Below the pieces are notes generated by a model. The model worked only from the letters and a program-made list of their open reading frames with translations, was not told where the DNA came from and did no database searches. A stretch of 53,579 nt of DNA from Armatimonadota bacterium. GTDB lineage: Bacteria; Armatimonadota; UBA5829. Numbering within the stretch: the first letter of the stretch is position 1; every line of letters begins with the position of its first letter. Below are positions 31,078 through 39,470 of this stretch, in pieces. The position numbers were made by a program, and so were the translations under genes. The stretch covers positions 1 through 53,579 of the forward strand of contig JARYME010000005.1 in the NCBI GenBank assembly GCA_029907315.1, in the 5' to 3' direction.

Positions 31078-31529
31078 CACTTCAAGTATTTGGACTGATA
31101 TGGTTGACGCTCATAGTTTTGAGCTTCGGTCAAATACTTATCAAGCTGGGGGTCGGCAAAGAAAAGATTCCCGTGAGTACAAACCTGCTGCGCACTGTCT
31201 GGAACATATTGAAAGTGATGCTGAGGCCCAAAACAGCTGCAGGTTTCGCCTTGTACGTAGTGGGCACGTTCATTTGGTTGTCTGTGCTCAGTCGGGTCAA
31301 CTTGTCTGTTGCTTTTCCGATGTTCAGTATGAGCTATTTTCTTGTGGTGCTGCTGTCTGCGGTAATCTTACACGAACGGGTTGATTGGAAGTTTGCGTTG
31401 ACAGGGCTCATTCTTATATCACTCGGTGTTACCTTCATAGGTCTTAGCAGTCCAAGGGAGAACCGGCCTCAGCTCCCGCAGGCTGCAGCAGCGGTGGCGC
31501 ATCATGCGGAGCGCGTGGGAGCGCAATAA
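31062..31529 (+). CDS. Second small 4-TM DMT/SMR-like transporter (ArnE/ArnF-like), paralog of the upstream gene
   Basis: 'GQILIKLG', 'WLSVLSRVNLSVAFPMFSMSY', 'LHERV'. Confidence 0.8.
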   Translation: MHQPLTLQVFGLIWLTLIVLSFGQILIKLGVGKEKIPVSTNLLRTVWNILKVMLRPKTAAGFALYVVGTFIWLSVLSRVNLSVAFPMFSMSYFLVVLLSAVILHERVDWKFALTGLILISLGVTFIGLSSPRENRPQLPQAAAAVAHHAERVGAQ

Positions 31530-33618
31530 AAATCTGCTCTGCTGTCTTGTCTTCGCTGCGCTTGTATGTGCTTTTTTGTGGCGGCCGATCTTCAATGGTG
31601 AGGTGCTGCTGCCTGGTGACTATCTTGCTGAAATGTTGCCCTGGAAAGCAGCGGCAAAACCACACCGTCAGGCTCCGCAGTGGAACCCTTTGCAGTGGGA
31701 TGCTATTGCGCAATTCTATCCTTGGCGAGTGTTCTACGCGCGGTGCGTGCGTGAGGGTAAGATACCCCTATGGAATCCCCATCAGTTTTGCGGGACACCG
31801 TTTCTTGCGAACGCGCAGTCGGCTGTTCTGTATCCGCCCAATCTTCTTTTCATTGTATGTGATCCGATTGTCGCGTGGACGGCATATGCCGCTTTGCATC
31901 TCTTTCTAGCCGGATTTTTTATGCACCTGTTGCTGCGAGAGCTCGGGTGCAGCGCGGGAGCAGGTTTGATCGGGGGAGTATGCTATGCGTTCTGCGCGTT
32001 CAATATTCGGTGGCTTGAATTACCTACGTTTGTTGGGGCGTCGGTATGGTTGCCTGTCATCGTCCTATTGGTACACCGAGCAGTCGTGCGCAGGTCTGCC
32101 TCGTATGCAGTGTGTGCTGGTCTGGCCCAAGCAATGGCTTTCCTCGCCGGACACTTCCAAATTGCCTTCTATGTTCTGCTCGCAGCCGCCGCGTGGTGGC
32201 TGTGGAGGCTCTGCTTAGAGTATTCGTCTAGCGGATGTTGCACCACAATACGAAATGCCTTCACCGGACTTACGGTCTTCGTTGTCGTGGCGGGACTCGT
32301 GGCTTCCCCTCAGGTGCTACCGACGGTAGAGCTGGCTAGGAGTTCGCACCGTGTGCGCGATGTGTCAGCCGAAGGTTACGCGCGATTCGTTGCAAATGGG
32401 GTAGCAGCGTATCGATTGATAACAGCGTTCGCTCCTGACTTCTATGGTAATCCGTCGCGCGGTGACTACTTTCTCGGCAGTGCAGCCGATTTTATCGAAT
32501 ATGGGCTTTACATAGGTGTGATGCCGCTTTTTCTGACAATTGCCGGGCTGTTCCACGCCGGATCTAGGCGATATGTTCTTTTCTTTGTACTGCTGGCACT
32601 TTTTGCAATACTTTGTGCGACCGGCACTCCACTCAACTACCCTTTCTACTACTTGATCCCCGGCTTCAGCGCGCTTGGCGGTCCGAATAGGATCTTGCTT
32701 CTTTATTTCTTTGCGGTTGCTGCTCTGGTAGGCTTCGGCACGGATTGGCTCGCGGCGCAAGCTTCGCGTCAAATCGTGCGGCGCCAGGCTGGATTTAGAT
32801 TGGGGGTCGCGGCAGCCATTGCGTCTATCTTGTTGTTGGGTCTAGCTTTTGCGGTTGCTTATTTCTGCGCCCTTGCTTTCTTGAGTCAAGTCGGCTGGTC
32901 AGCCATTCCGGATCCTACCAAATGGTATACGCCGCTGGCTGCTCTGACAATTGTTTCTCTTGCGGTGATTCTCGCTCGGTCGTTTGACCTGCTTCGCGGA
33001 CCGACTTTTCAGATTGCAGCCATCTTGATTGCGACAGCCGATCTCTTCGCGTTCGGGGTAAACTACAACCCGACGTGCGCACGATCAGAGGTCTACCCCG
33101 AAACTCGACTCATCAAAGAGCTCAAGCGACTTACAGCGGACGGTTCGCGGATTGCACCTATCAATGAACGATGGAGTCTGTATCGTGTGCCTTCGTGCAT
33201 TCTGCCGCCGAACGCAGCTATGGTCTATAGCATCAACGATGTGCAGGGCTACGACTCGCTCTACACACGTGTTTACAAAGACCTCTCTTCGGCAATTCAA
33301 GGTATCGATTCGAGCCCTATTGAAAACGGCAATATGGTGTTGATCAAACGTATTACGCCCAGGTTAGCTCAGCTTGCCGACTATGTGCTGACAACTGAGA
33401 AGCTAAGCGAATCTACGCTGGGAGTAAGGCTGGTTGGTTATTGGGACGGCGTTTACGTTTACAAGATATCAGGCGAGCATCCTGGTTCATCGTACTACAG
33501 ACCCAGGATCTCGTTTTTCTCATATCGTCTGGGATTGTTCCTTGGATGCTTAGGCGTTGCGACCGCTGCAGGTATTGTTTGCTGTTGCTGGGCGTCCGCT
33601 TACTGGAGGACACAATGA
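31504..33618 (+). CDS. YfhO-like polytopic membrane protein (putative GT-C glycosyltransferase)
   Basis: 'DAIAQFYPW', 'IPLWNPHQFCGTPFLAN...LYPPN', 'LAGHFQ', 'YIGVMP', 'VQGYDSL'; many TM helices. Confidence 0.8.
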   Translation: MRSAWERNKNLLCCLVFAALVCAFLWRPIFNGEVLLPGDYLAEMLPWKAAAKPHRQAPQWNPLQWDAIAQFYPWRVFYARCVREGKIPLWNPHQFCGTPFLANAQSAVLYPPNLLFIVCDPIVAWTAYAALHLFLAGFFMHLLLRELGCSAGAGLIGGVCYAFCAFNIRWLELPTFVGASVWLPVIVLLVHRAVVRRSASYAVCAGLAQAMAFLAGHFQIAFYVLLAAAAWWLWRLCLEYSSSGCCTTIRNAFTGLTVFVVVAGLVASPQVLPTVELARSSHRVRDVSAEGYARFVANGVAAYRLITAFAPDFYGNPSRGDYFLGSAADFIEYGLYIGVMPLFLTIAGLFHAGSRRYVLFFVLLALFAILCATGTPLNYPFYYLIPGFSALGGPNRILLLYFFAVAALVGFGTDWLAAQASRQIVRRQAGFRLGVAAAIASILLLGLAFAVAYFCALAFLSQVGWSAIPDPTKWYTPLAALTIVSLAVILARSFDLLRGPTFQIAAILIATADLFAFGVNYNPTCARSEVYPETRLIKELKRLTADGSRIAPINERWSLYRVPSCILPPNAAMVYSINDVQGYDSLYTRVYKDLSSAIQGIDSSPIENGNMVLIKRITPRLAQLADYVLTTEKLSESTLGVRLVGYWDGVYVYKISGEHPGSSYYRPRISFFSYRLGLFLGCLGVATAAGIVCCCWASAYWRTQ

Positions 33619-35204
33619 ATGCGGGAAATGGACCAGCTGAGCGGCGTTGGGTACTGGGTTGCGCAGCTGCAGCCGTGTTCGTTGGCTCTATACCATACCT
33701 TTGGGGATGGTTTATTACTCCGCCTGGTTACGTCTTCTTAGGTCTCACGCACAATATAGACGACGGGGCGGTCTACCTGTCCTGGATTCGCCAAATAGCA
33801 GATGGCAAGCTGTTCTACGTCAACATGTTCACTTCTGAACCGGTTAGGGCGCAACAACTCAACGTACTATTCCTCGCCATGGGTCTGGTGGCTCGATTCG
33901 CACACCTTCCAGCAATCTGGGTGTATCACCTGTTCAGGGCCTTGCTGGGGGTCGGTTTCGTGACAGCAGCGTGGCGATTCTCGAAGCTGTTTCTGGATTC
34001 GCCGTGCGACCGCAAACTTTTCGTCCTTCTGTTGTGCTTCTCGTCGGGTATTGGGTGGTTGTTCTTGGATTATGGTGCTCCCACAGGTCCTGTTGATAAC
34101 TGGCAGCCTGAGGCAATTACGTTCCTTAGTATGTATTTGAACCCGCTGTTTCTCTGCGGGCTAATTCTAATGGTGCTGACGTTCAATTCTCTTGTCCAAG
34201 CTCACCGTACGCGCTCCCTGCGATATTACATATACGCGGGATTATTTTTACTGCTGCTCGGCAACATTCATACCTACGATGTTGTAACCGTCGCGGCAGT
34301 GTGGGCGTGTTATCTGCTCTGTCTTGCTATCATAGATCGCAGTGTGCCGACCCGCGATGTTGCTCTAAGCGCTCTCGCGGGGTTTATTGCGCTACCGTCC
34401 CTGGCTTACCAGGCGTACCTTTACAAGATTGACGAGGTTTTTCGAGCGAGAGCTAACTCGCCTGCGCCGTCGCCGCAGATCTGGGCATTCTTTGCTGGAT
34501 ACGGTTTGGTTTTTGCTTTTGCGGTGTTCGGCGGATGTGTATTAATTCGTCGGGCGAATCGGCAAATGATGCTGCCTTTGGTCTGGTCGGTAGTAGGCTT
34601 CGCGCTTCCGTACCTGCCCGTTGCTCAGCAGAGGAAGCTGGTGATGGGATTGCACGTTCCGCTTTGTATTCTGTGCGCTTACGCGCTGATGCGCGGACTG
34701 GAAAGGCTACCCGAACTCGCTCGCTGGGCGATCGCGAGCACCGTAGTACTGTTCTCATTCAACAGCAATTTCGCTTTCCTGGCGCGCGACATTGGCCTTT
34801 TGAGCCAAGGTCGGACCGTAACGCACTACACGCCGTATATAGCGAGACAGGAAATTGCAGTGATGCGCTGGTTGGAACAAAATGGTCGTCCAGACGACGT
34901 CGTATTCGCTCCGCCGACTTTCGCTTTGTTTACTCCGGCTATGGCAGGTCTTAGAGTTTATTACGGGCACTGGAGTGAAACTCCTGACTATGCATCCAAA
35001 ATGCGTGAATGGATCGCTTTTGCGAACGACTCGACGGATGTCCGAGCTCGTCTGGCAACGCTACAAAGGACAAAAGCACGCTTCTGTATTTTCGAGCCTC
35101 CCGCGGAAATCGAACCCCAGGGGCAACTACTCGAGTTTTTGCGTCCTGTCTTCAAGAGCGGGGATGTCACCGTATATGAGCTACACTCTCGCGTTAGTAG
35201 ATAG
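33615..35204 (+). CDS. Polytopic membrane protein, putative GT-C fold
   Basis: First TM followed by a loop with acidic 'NIDDGAVYLSWIRQ', many TMs and a soluble C-terminal domain ('GLRVYYGHW'); GGAGG RBS and ATGA overlap at 33615. Confidence 0.7.
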   Translation: MNAGNGPAERRWVLGCAAAAVFVGSIPYLWGWFITPPGYVFLGLTHNIDDGAVYLSWIRQIADGKLFYVNMFTSEPVRAQQLNVLFLAMGLVARFAHLPAIWVYHLFRALLGVGFVTAAWRFSKLFLDSPCDRKLFVLLLCFSSGIGWLFLDYGAPTGPVDNWQPEAITFLSMYLNPLFLCGLILMVLTFNSLVQAHRTRSLRYYIYAGLFLLLLGNIHTYDVVTVAAVWACYLLCLAIIDRSVPTRDVALSALAGFIALPSLAYQAYLYKIDEVFRARANSPAPSPQIWAFFAGYGLVFAFAVFGGCVLIRRANRQMMLPLVWSVVGFALPYLPVAQQRKLVMGLHVPLCILCAYALMRGLERLPELARWAIASTVVLFSFNSNFAFLARDIGLLSQGRTVTHYTPYIARQEIAVMRWLEQNGRPDDVVFAPPTFALFTPAMAGLRVYYGHWSETPDYASKMREWIAFANDSTDVRARLATLQRTKARFCIFEPPAEIEPQGQLLEFLRPVFKSGDVTVYELHSRVSR

Positions 35205-35221
35205 AAGCGTCTGGCGGTCGT

Positions 35222-35794
35222 CTACGGAAACTCTCTGTGCCTACCGATCAGAGTGAGGAACTCGTTTCTAGTTGCGCTTGATTCGTGAAAGCTTCCAAGC
35301 ACGGCTGAAGTTGTCATCAGCGAGTTCTGTTTCTCGACGCCGCGCATCATCATGCACAGATGCTGTGCCTCAATGACTACACCGACACCTTCAGCGTTTA
35401 CTGCATCTCTAATTGCGCGGGCTATCTGCTGTGTCAACCGTTCCTGAATTTGCAATCTTCGTGCATAGCAGTCAACCAGGCGCGCCAACTTACTCACACC
35501 TATAATTTTTCCCCTAGGTATGTAGCCGATATGGCAGCGGCCGAAAAAAGGCAGCAGATGGTGCTCGCATAAGCTGTATACCTCGATGTCGCGAACTACG
35601 ATCATGTTGTTCGCATCTAGTTCGAACACTGCTTGCTTGAGTATCTTGCCGGGATCGCTTTGATACCCTTTCAAGAGAAACTCGTACGCCTTTGCTACGC
35701 GAGCCGGGGTATCTTTCAGTCCTTCTCTATCTGGGTCTTCACCCAGGGCTTCCAAGAGTTCGCGAATCAGCTTTTCAACTCTTTCTCTGTCCAT
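35222..35794 (-). CDS. folE: GTP cyclohydrolase I
   Basis: '[12 protein letters not shown]', '[10 protein letters not shown]', '[10 protein letters not shown]', 'HLCMMMRGV'. Confidence 0.97.
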   Translation of the reverse strand: MDRERVEKLIRELLEALGEDPDREGLKDTPARVAKAYEFLLKGYQSDPGKILKQAVFELDANNMIVVRDIEVYSLCEHHLLPFFGRCHIGYIPRGKIIGVSKLARLVDCYARRLQIQERLTQQIARAIRDAVNAEGVGVVIEAQHLCMMMRGVEKQNSLMTTSAVLGSFHESSATRNEFLTLIGRHREFP

Positions 35795-36176
35795 ATCTGT
35801 CACTCAATCCTCGAGTTATTTCCACAGCGGCACAGCGTGCAAACTGCAACACGTTAGGCTTTTCAATTCTCACATCGACGCGCTTTACGCCTGCGAAACT
35901 CAGGCACAGCTGTGCCACGGACTCAGCCAGCGCCTCCAGCAGGTGATACTGCGAGCGTTCGACGTGTTCAACGATACTTCTGCCGACTGCGCTGTAGTCG
36001 ATAGAATCCCTTAGCTCATCGCTCTTGCACGCACTGCTCAAGTCCGCATACAGCACGACACCGATCCGTAACTCTGTCGGCATCCGGCGCTCAGATTCCT
36101 CAACGCCGATCGTGCAGCTCGTTTTGATGTCTTCTATGCATATTCTATCGAGCGAGTCTTCGTTCAATTTGGACAC
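35775..36176 (-). CDS. folB: Dihydroneopterin aldolase
   Basis: 'IGVEESER', '[11 protein letters not shown]', 'LLEALAE', 'IEKP'. Confidence 0.93.
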   Translation of the reverse strand: MSKLNEDSLDRICIEDIKTSCTIGVEESERRMPTELRIGVVLYADLSSACKSDELRDSIDYSAVGRSIVEHVERSQYHLLEALAESVAQLCLSFAGVKRVDVRIEKPNVLQFARCAAVEITRGLSDRYGQRKS

Positions 36177-36410
36177 TACCAGTGCGTTTGAAACGGTTCC
36201 AGCGAGGTGTCATTCCTGCGCAGCTGAATTGCCATCTAACAAACACTTCCCGGTGCAGCTGTTGTTTCCCTTCGGCCAGTTGACCATCGAATCAAAGATC
36301 AGAGACCGCGCTAGTCATGTTTAAGGTGCGCGAAACTGATACTTAAGTGTAGAGCAGAGTCCGGTGGGATATAATCCTAAACGAAGCTTGCAGAGTATCG
36401 CAGAGCTTCG

Positions 36411-36451
36411 AGCCGGGAAGTAGGCCAGGCTTCCCGGCTTTCTTGATTTTT
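36411..36451 (+). terminator. Intrinsic terminator-like hairpin
   Basis: Perfect 10-bp stem AGCCGGGAAG/CTTCCCGGCT followed by TTCTTGATTTTT. Confidence 0.6.
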
Positions 36452-36584
36452 CGTAGTCGCCGCACCGTGTCTAGCCCCTCCTTATTATGAACCGCTCAAC
36501 AATTCCAATTGTTCCGCTCGTAATAGTGTACGGAATGATTATACGAACCTGGCGATCGCGGCATCAGCGCTGCTTGCCGGTTTG

Positions 36585-36613
36585 TTGACAGCCGGTTGGC
36601 TGCCGAATATAAT
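36585..36613 (+). promoter_or_regulatory. Perfect-consensus sigma70 promoter upstream of secDF
   Basis: TTGACA-N17-TATAAT. Confidence 0.8.
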
Positions 36614-36799
36614 ACTCGAGTCACATTCGCGATGATGCCCCTTCGGAGGTTGTCTAGGCGAGCTTACCTCGTTTTTTCGGCGCAGCCAGCGCTGGTTGCT
36701 TCGTCAGTTCGATGCGTGACTTCCAGCAGGAGCAGCGACCGTATTAAATCGAGGGGTTGTATTTGGAAACGGTTATAAGTCCATAGGGGAGGATACACA

Positions 36800-39337
36800 G
36801 TGTCAAGATATCAGAGGTATTTTCTCGGCGTAATAATTCTAACGATCTTTGCCGTCTATGTCGTTGCGACACAATCCCTGGTTAAAGGACTTGATATTGC
36901 AGGTGGAATACGCGTAGTCCTGCAAGCGGCGCCAAAGAACCCCAATGATCCGGAAGAGTGGCCCAGGACACACAATGAACGCCTCGAAAAAATGAAGTCT
37001 ATCCGCCGGACCATACAAAACCGTGTCAAAGGTCTCGGCGGGGTTACGGAGCCGCGTGTCGTTATCCAGGGGGAGGATAGACTCGTGGTTGAACTGCCAG
37101 GAGTGAAGGATCCCGACGCGGCCCTCGAGCAGATCAAATCCACGGCGGCGCTTGAGTTTTACTACCTGAAAGACGTTCAAAACGCCAACAATCCACTGGG
37201 TAAGTGGCGCATCGAAAAAACGGGTACCGACGAGCGAGGTTACGTCTTCATTGGTCCTCGCGGAGAGACCATCGACAGTATAAAGCAGCCTGAGGAAGTC
37301 TTGGAGAAAGTTGTCGATGTCAAGAATAATAAGCCAGTTCTCACGGGTAAGTACCTGCTGCCCAATGCCAGAGCCAATTTGAATCAAAAGAACCAAGCGG
37401 TAGTCAGCATAGAATTCAACCGCGAAGGGACTGAGATATTCCGTCGGTTTACAAGAGCGCACGTAGGCGACTACCTGGCGGTGTTCTTCGATGGCAAGCT
37501 CCTAACCGCTCCGACGATAAACGAACCTATACCCTCTGGAAAGGCTGAGATCTCCGGTTTCAGAAGCCTACAGGAAGCGCGTAGGATGGCAGAGTTTCTC
37601 AACGCCGGTGCACTGCCGGTACCGCTCAAGGTGATTGCCAAGGACGCTGTTGAGCCGACGCTGGGCAAGGAAACGGTTCAGAAAGTCGTAAAAGCCGGCA
37701 TTGTGGGACTCATATTGGTCATGGCGTTCATGCTGGTGTTCTACCGCTTGCCGGGCCTGATTGCCGACGTTGCCCTATGTCTGTACGCGCTTTACGTGAT
37801 TGCAGCGTTCATGCTCATAAAGGCAACCATGTCCCTTGCGGGCGTGGCAGCGTTGATCATATCCATCGGCATGGCGGTCGACGCTAACATTCTGATATTT
37901 GAACGCCTCAAAGAAGAACTTCGCGCCGGCAAAACTCTGCGCGCCGCTATCGACGCGGGGTTTACGCGTGCATTCACCGCCATTTTCGATTCGAATGTGT
38001 GCACCGCGATTACCTGCGCCATACTTATGTGGTACGGTAGTCCGTCCGTGCAAAGCTTCGCCACAACCCTTTTAATTGGTGTGGCGATAAGCATGTTCAC
38101 TGCCATTACGGTTACGCGTACAATACTCCACTTGCTGGTCGAATGGGAATGGGCACAGAACCCTGTTCTTTACGGTTTGGGTGCGAGATGGTTTGCCACC
38201 ACGGGCAAAGTGCTCAATATTGTTGGTAGGCGCAATTGGTTCTTTGCTCTTAGTGGTTTGCTGATTATTCCGGGTATTGTCATTTGGGGGATATACGGAC
38301 TAAACAAGGGTGTCGAGTTCAAATCCGGAACATCTATTCAGGTTGGATTTGTAAAACCGGTTCAACTTAACCAGGTGCTTTCGACCGTTAGGCAGATTAC
38401 CCCCGGGTGCACTGTGCAGTTGGCCGAAGGCAAGACCATGGCGTTTATCACAACTGATCTCCAGCGCGAGAGGCTTGGGGAAAGACAATACGAGAGCAAA
38501 CTTGCCCAACTGAGAGAGGTTTTGGACAAAAAGTTTACGATTCGGCGCGATCCTCGCACGGACAAACCGGTCTTTGCTGAGAGCAGCGTGGAGCCGGTAA
38601 TCAGTGAAGAGCTCACCAGAAACGCCGTGATCTCTGTGATTTTGGCCTCCATTGCAATAGTGCTGTATCTCAGCAGCCGGTTCGCGATAGGTGGATTTGT
38701 GGCTGGTCTGAAATTCGGTGTTAGTGCTGTAATTGCGCTGATTCACGATTCTGCATTTATCATTGGCCTGTTTGCTCTTCTGGGTAAGGTCGCCGGTTGG
38801 GAAATTGACAGCTTGTTTGTGACCGCTGTATTAACCGTTATAGGTTTCAGCGTTCACGACACGATTGTTGTTTTCGACCGCATACGCGAGAATCTCAAGC
38901 ACAGACTTCGCGGCGAAAGCTTCGAGCAACTGTGCAACCGGAGCGTCCTTGAAACTCTAACTCGTTCAGTCAATACGTCTTTAACCGTTGTGCTTACTTT
39001 GGCAGCGCTAATCATATTTGGCGGTCCTCTCCTGAGGCAATTCTATGTGGCGATGCTTGCTGGTATCATCATCGGAACATACTCCTCGATCTTCTGCGCG
39101 ACTCCCCTGGTCGTGATATGGGAGAACCTTGCGACAAGAAAGAAAGAGCCCAAGAAGAAGACATTCGAGGAAAAGCCGCTGGTAGCACGTTCCGAGACTG
39201 CTTCTGAGGAGACGACAGAGAAAGTCGCGGCTACAAACGCAGAGACTTCGCCTGAAGAGGCAGCAGGTGCTGCTGCTTCCTCCGGTGGCAAGTCCACTAA
39301 GTCCAAGCGCAAGGGAGGAAAGAAGAGAAGGTTCTGA
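36800..39337 (+). CDS. secDF: Fused protein translocase SecD/SecF
   Basis: SecD motifs 'GLDIAGG', 'LNAGALP', 'GMAVDANILIFER' and SecF motif 'GFSVHDTIVVFDRIRE' in one ORF; GGAGG RBS. Confidence 0.97.
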   Translation: MSRYQRYFLGVIILTIFAVYVVATQSLVKGLDIAGGIRVVLQAAPKNPNDPEEWPRTHNERLEKMKSIRRTIQNRVKGLGGVTEPRVVIQGEDRLVVELPGVKDPDAALEQIKSTAALEFYYLKDVQNANNPLGKWRIEKTGTDERGYVFIGPRGETIDSIKQPEEVLEKVVDVKNNKPVLTGKYLLPNARANLNQKNQAVVSIEFNREGTEIFRRFTRAHVGDYLAVFFDGKLLTAPTINEPIPSGKAEISGFRSLQEARRMAEFLNAGALPVPLKVIAKDAVEPTLGKETVQKVVKAGIVGLILVMAFMLVFYRLPGLIADVALCLYALYVIAAFMLIKATMSLAGVAALIISIGMAVDANILIFERLKEELRAGKTLRAAIDAGFTRAFTAIFDSNVCTAITCAILMWYGSPSVQSFATTLLIGVAISMFTAITVTRTILHLLVEWEWAQNPVLYGLGARWFATTGKVLNIVGRRNWFFALSGLLIIPGIVIWGIYGLNKGVEFKSGTSIQVGFVKPVQLNQVLSTVRQITPGCTVQLAEGKTMAFITTDLQRERLGERQYESKLAQLREVLDKKFTIRRDPRTDKPVFAESSVEPVISEELTRNAVISVILASIAIVLYLSSRFAIGGFVAGLKFGVSAVIALIHDSAFIIGLFALLGKVAGWEIDSLFVTAVLTVIGFSVHDTIVVFDRIRENLKHRLRGESFEQLCNRSVLETLTRSVNTSLTVVLTLAALIIFGGPLLRQFYVAMLAGIIIGTYSSIFCATPLVVIWENLATRKKEPKKKTFEEKPLVARSETASEETTEKVAATNAETSPEEAAGAAASSGGKSTKSKRKGGKKRRF

Positions 39338-39409
39338 GGCGGTGAAGTTGTTGCGCCTTAGCTTGTGAGCATCGAGCCAGTCGGAGACTGGCTATCTGAT
39401 CAGTTGAGA

Positions 39410-39458
39410 GCCCGCAGATTTGTCTCCAAAGAGGGGAATCTGCGGGCCTATTGTTTAA
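39410..39458 (+). terminator. Strong hairpin after secDF (terminator or stabiliser)
   Basis: 11-bp perfect stem GCCCGCAGATT/AATCTGCGGGC followed by a weak U tract (CTATTGTTT). Confidence 0.5.
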
Positions 39459-39470
39459 TACTGAAATGTG

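Noticed and set aside
33441-33614. 58-aa N-terminal extension of the second GT-C-like gene
   Set aside because: It overlaps the upstream gene; the GGAGG RBS and ATGA coupling indicate a start at 33615.
36596-36778. 60-aa ORF upstream of secDF as a YajC or arrest peptide
   Set aside because: Its TTG start lies inside the promoter spacer, upstream of the likely TSS; it has no TM segment and no RBS.
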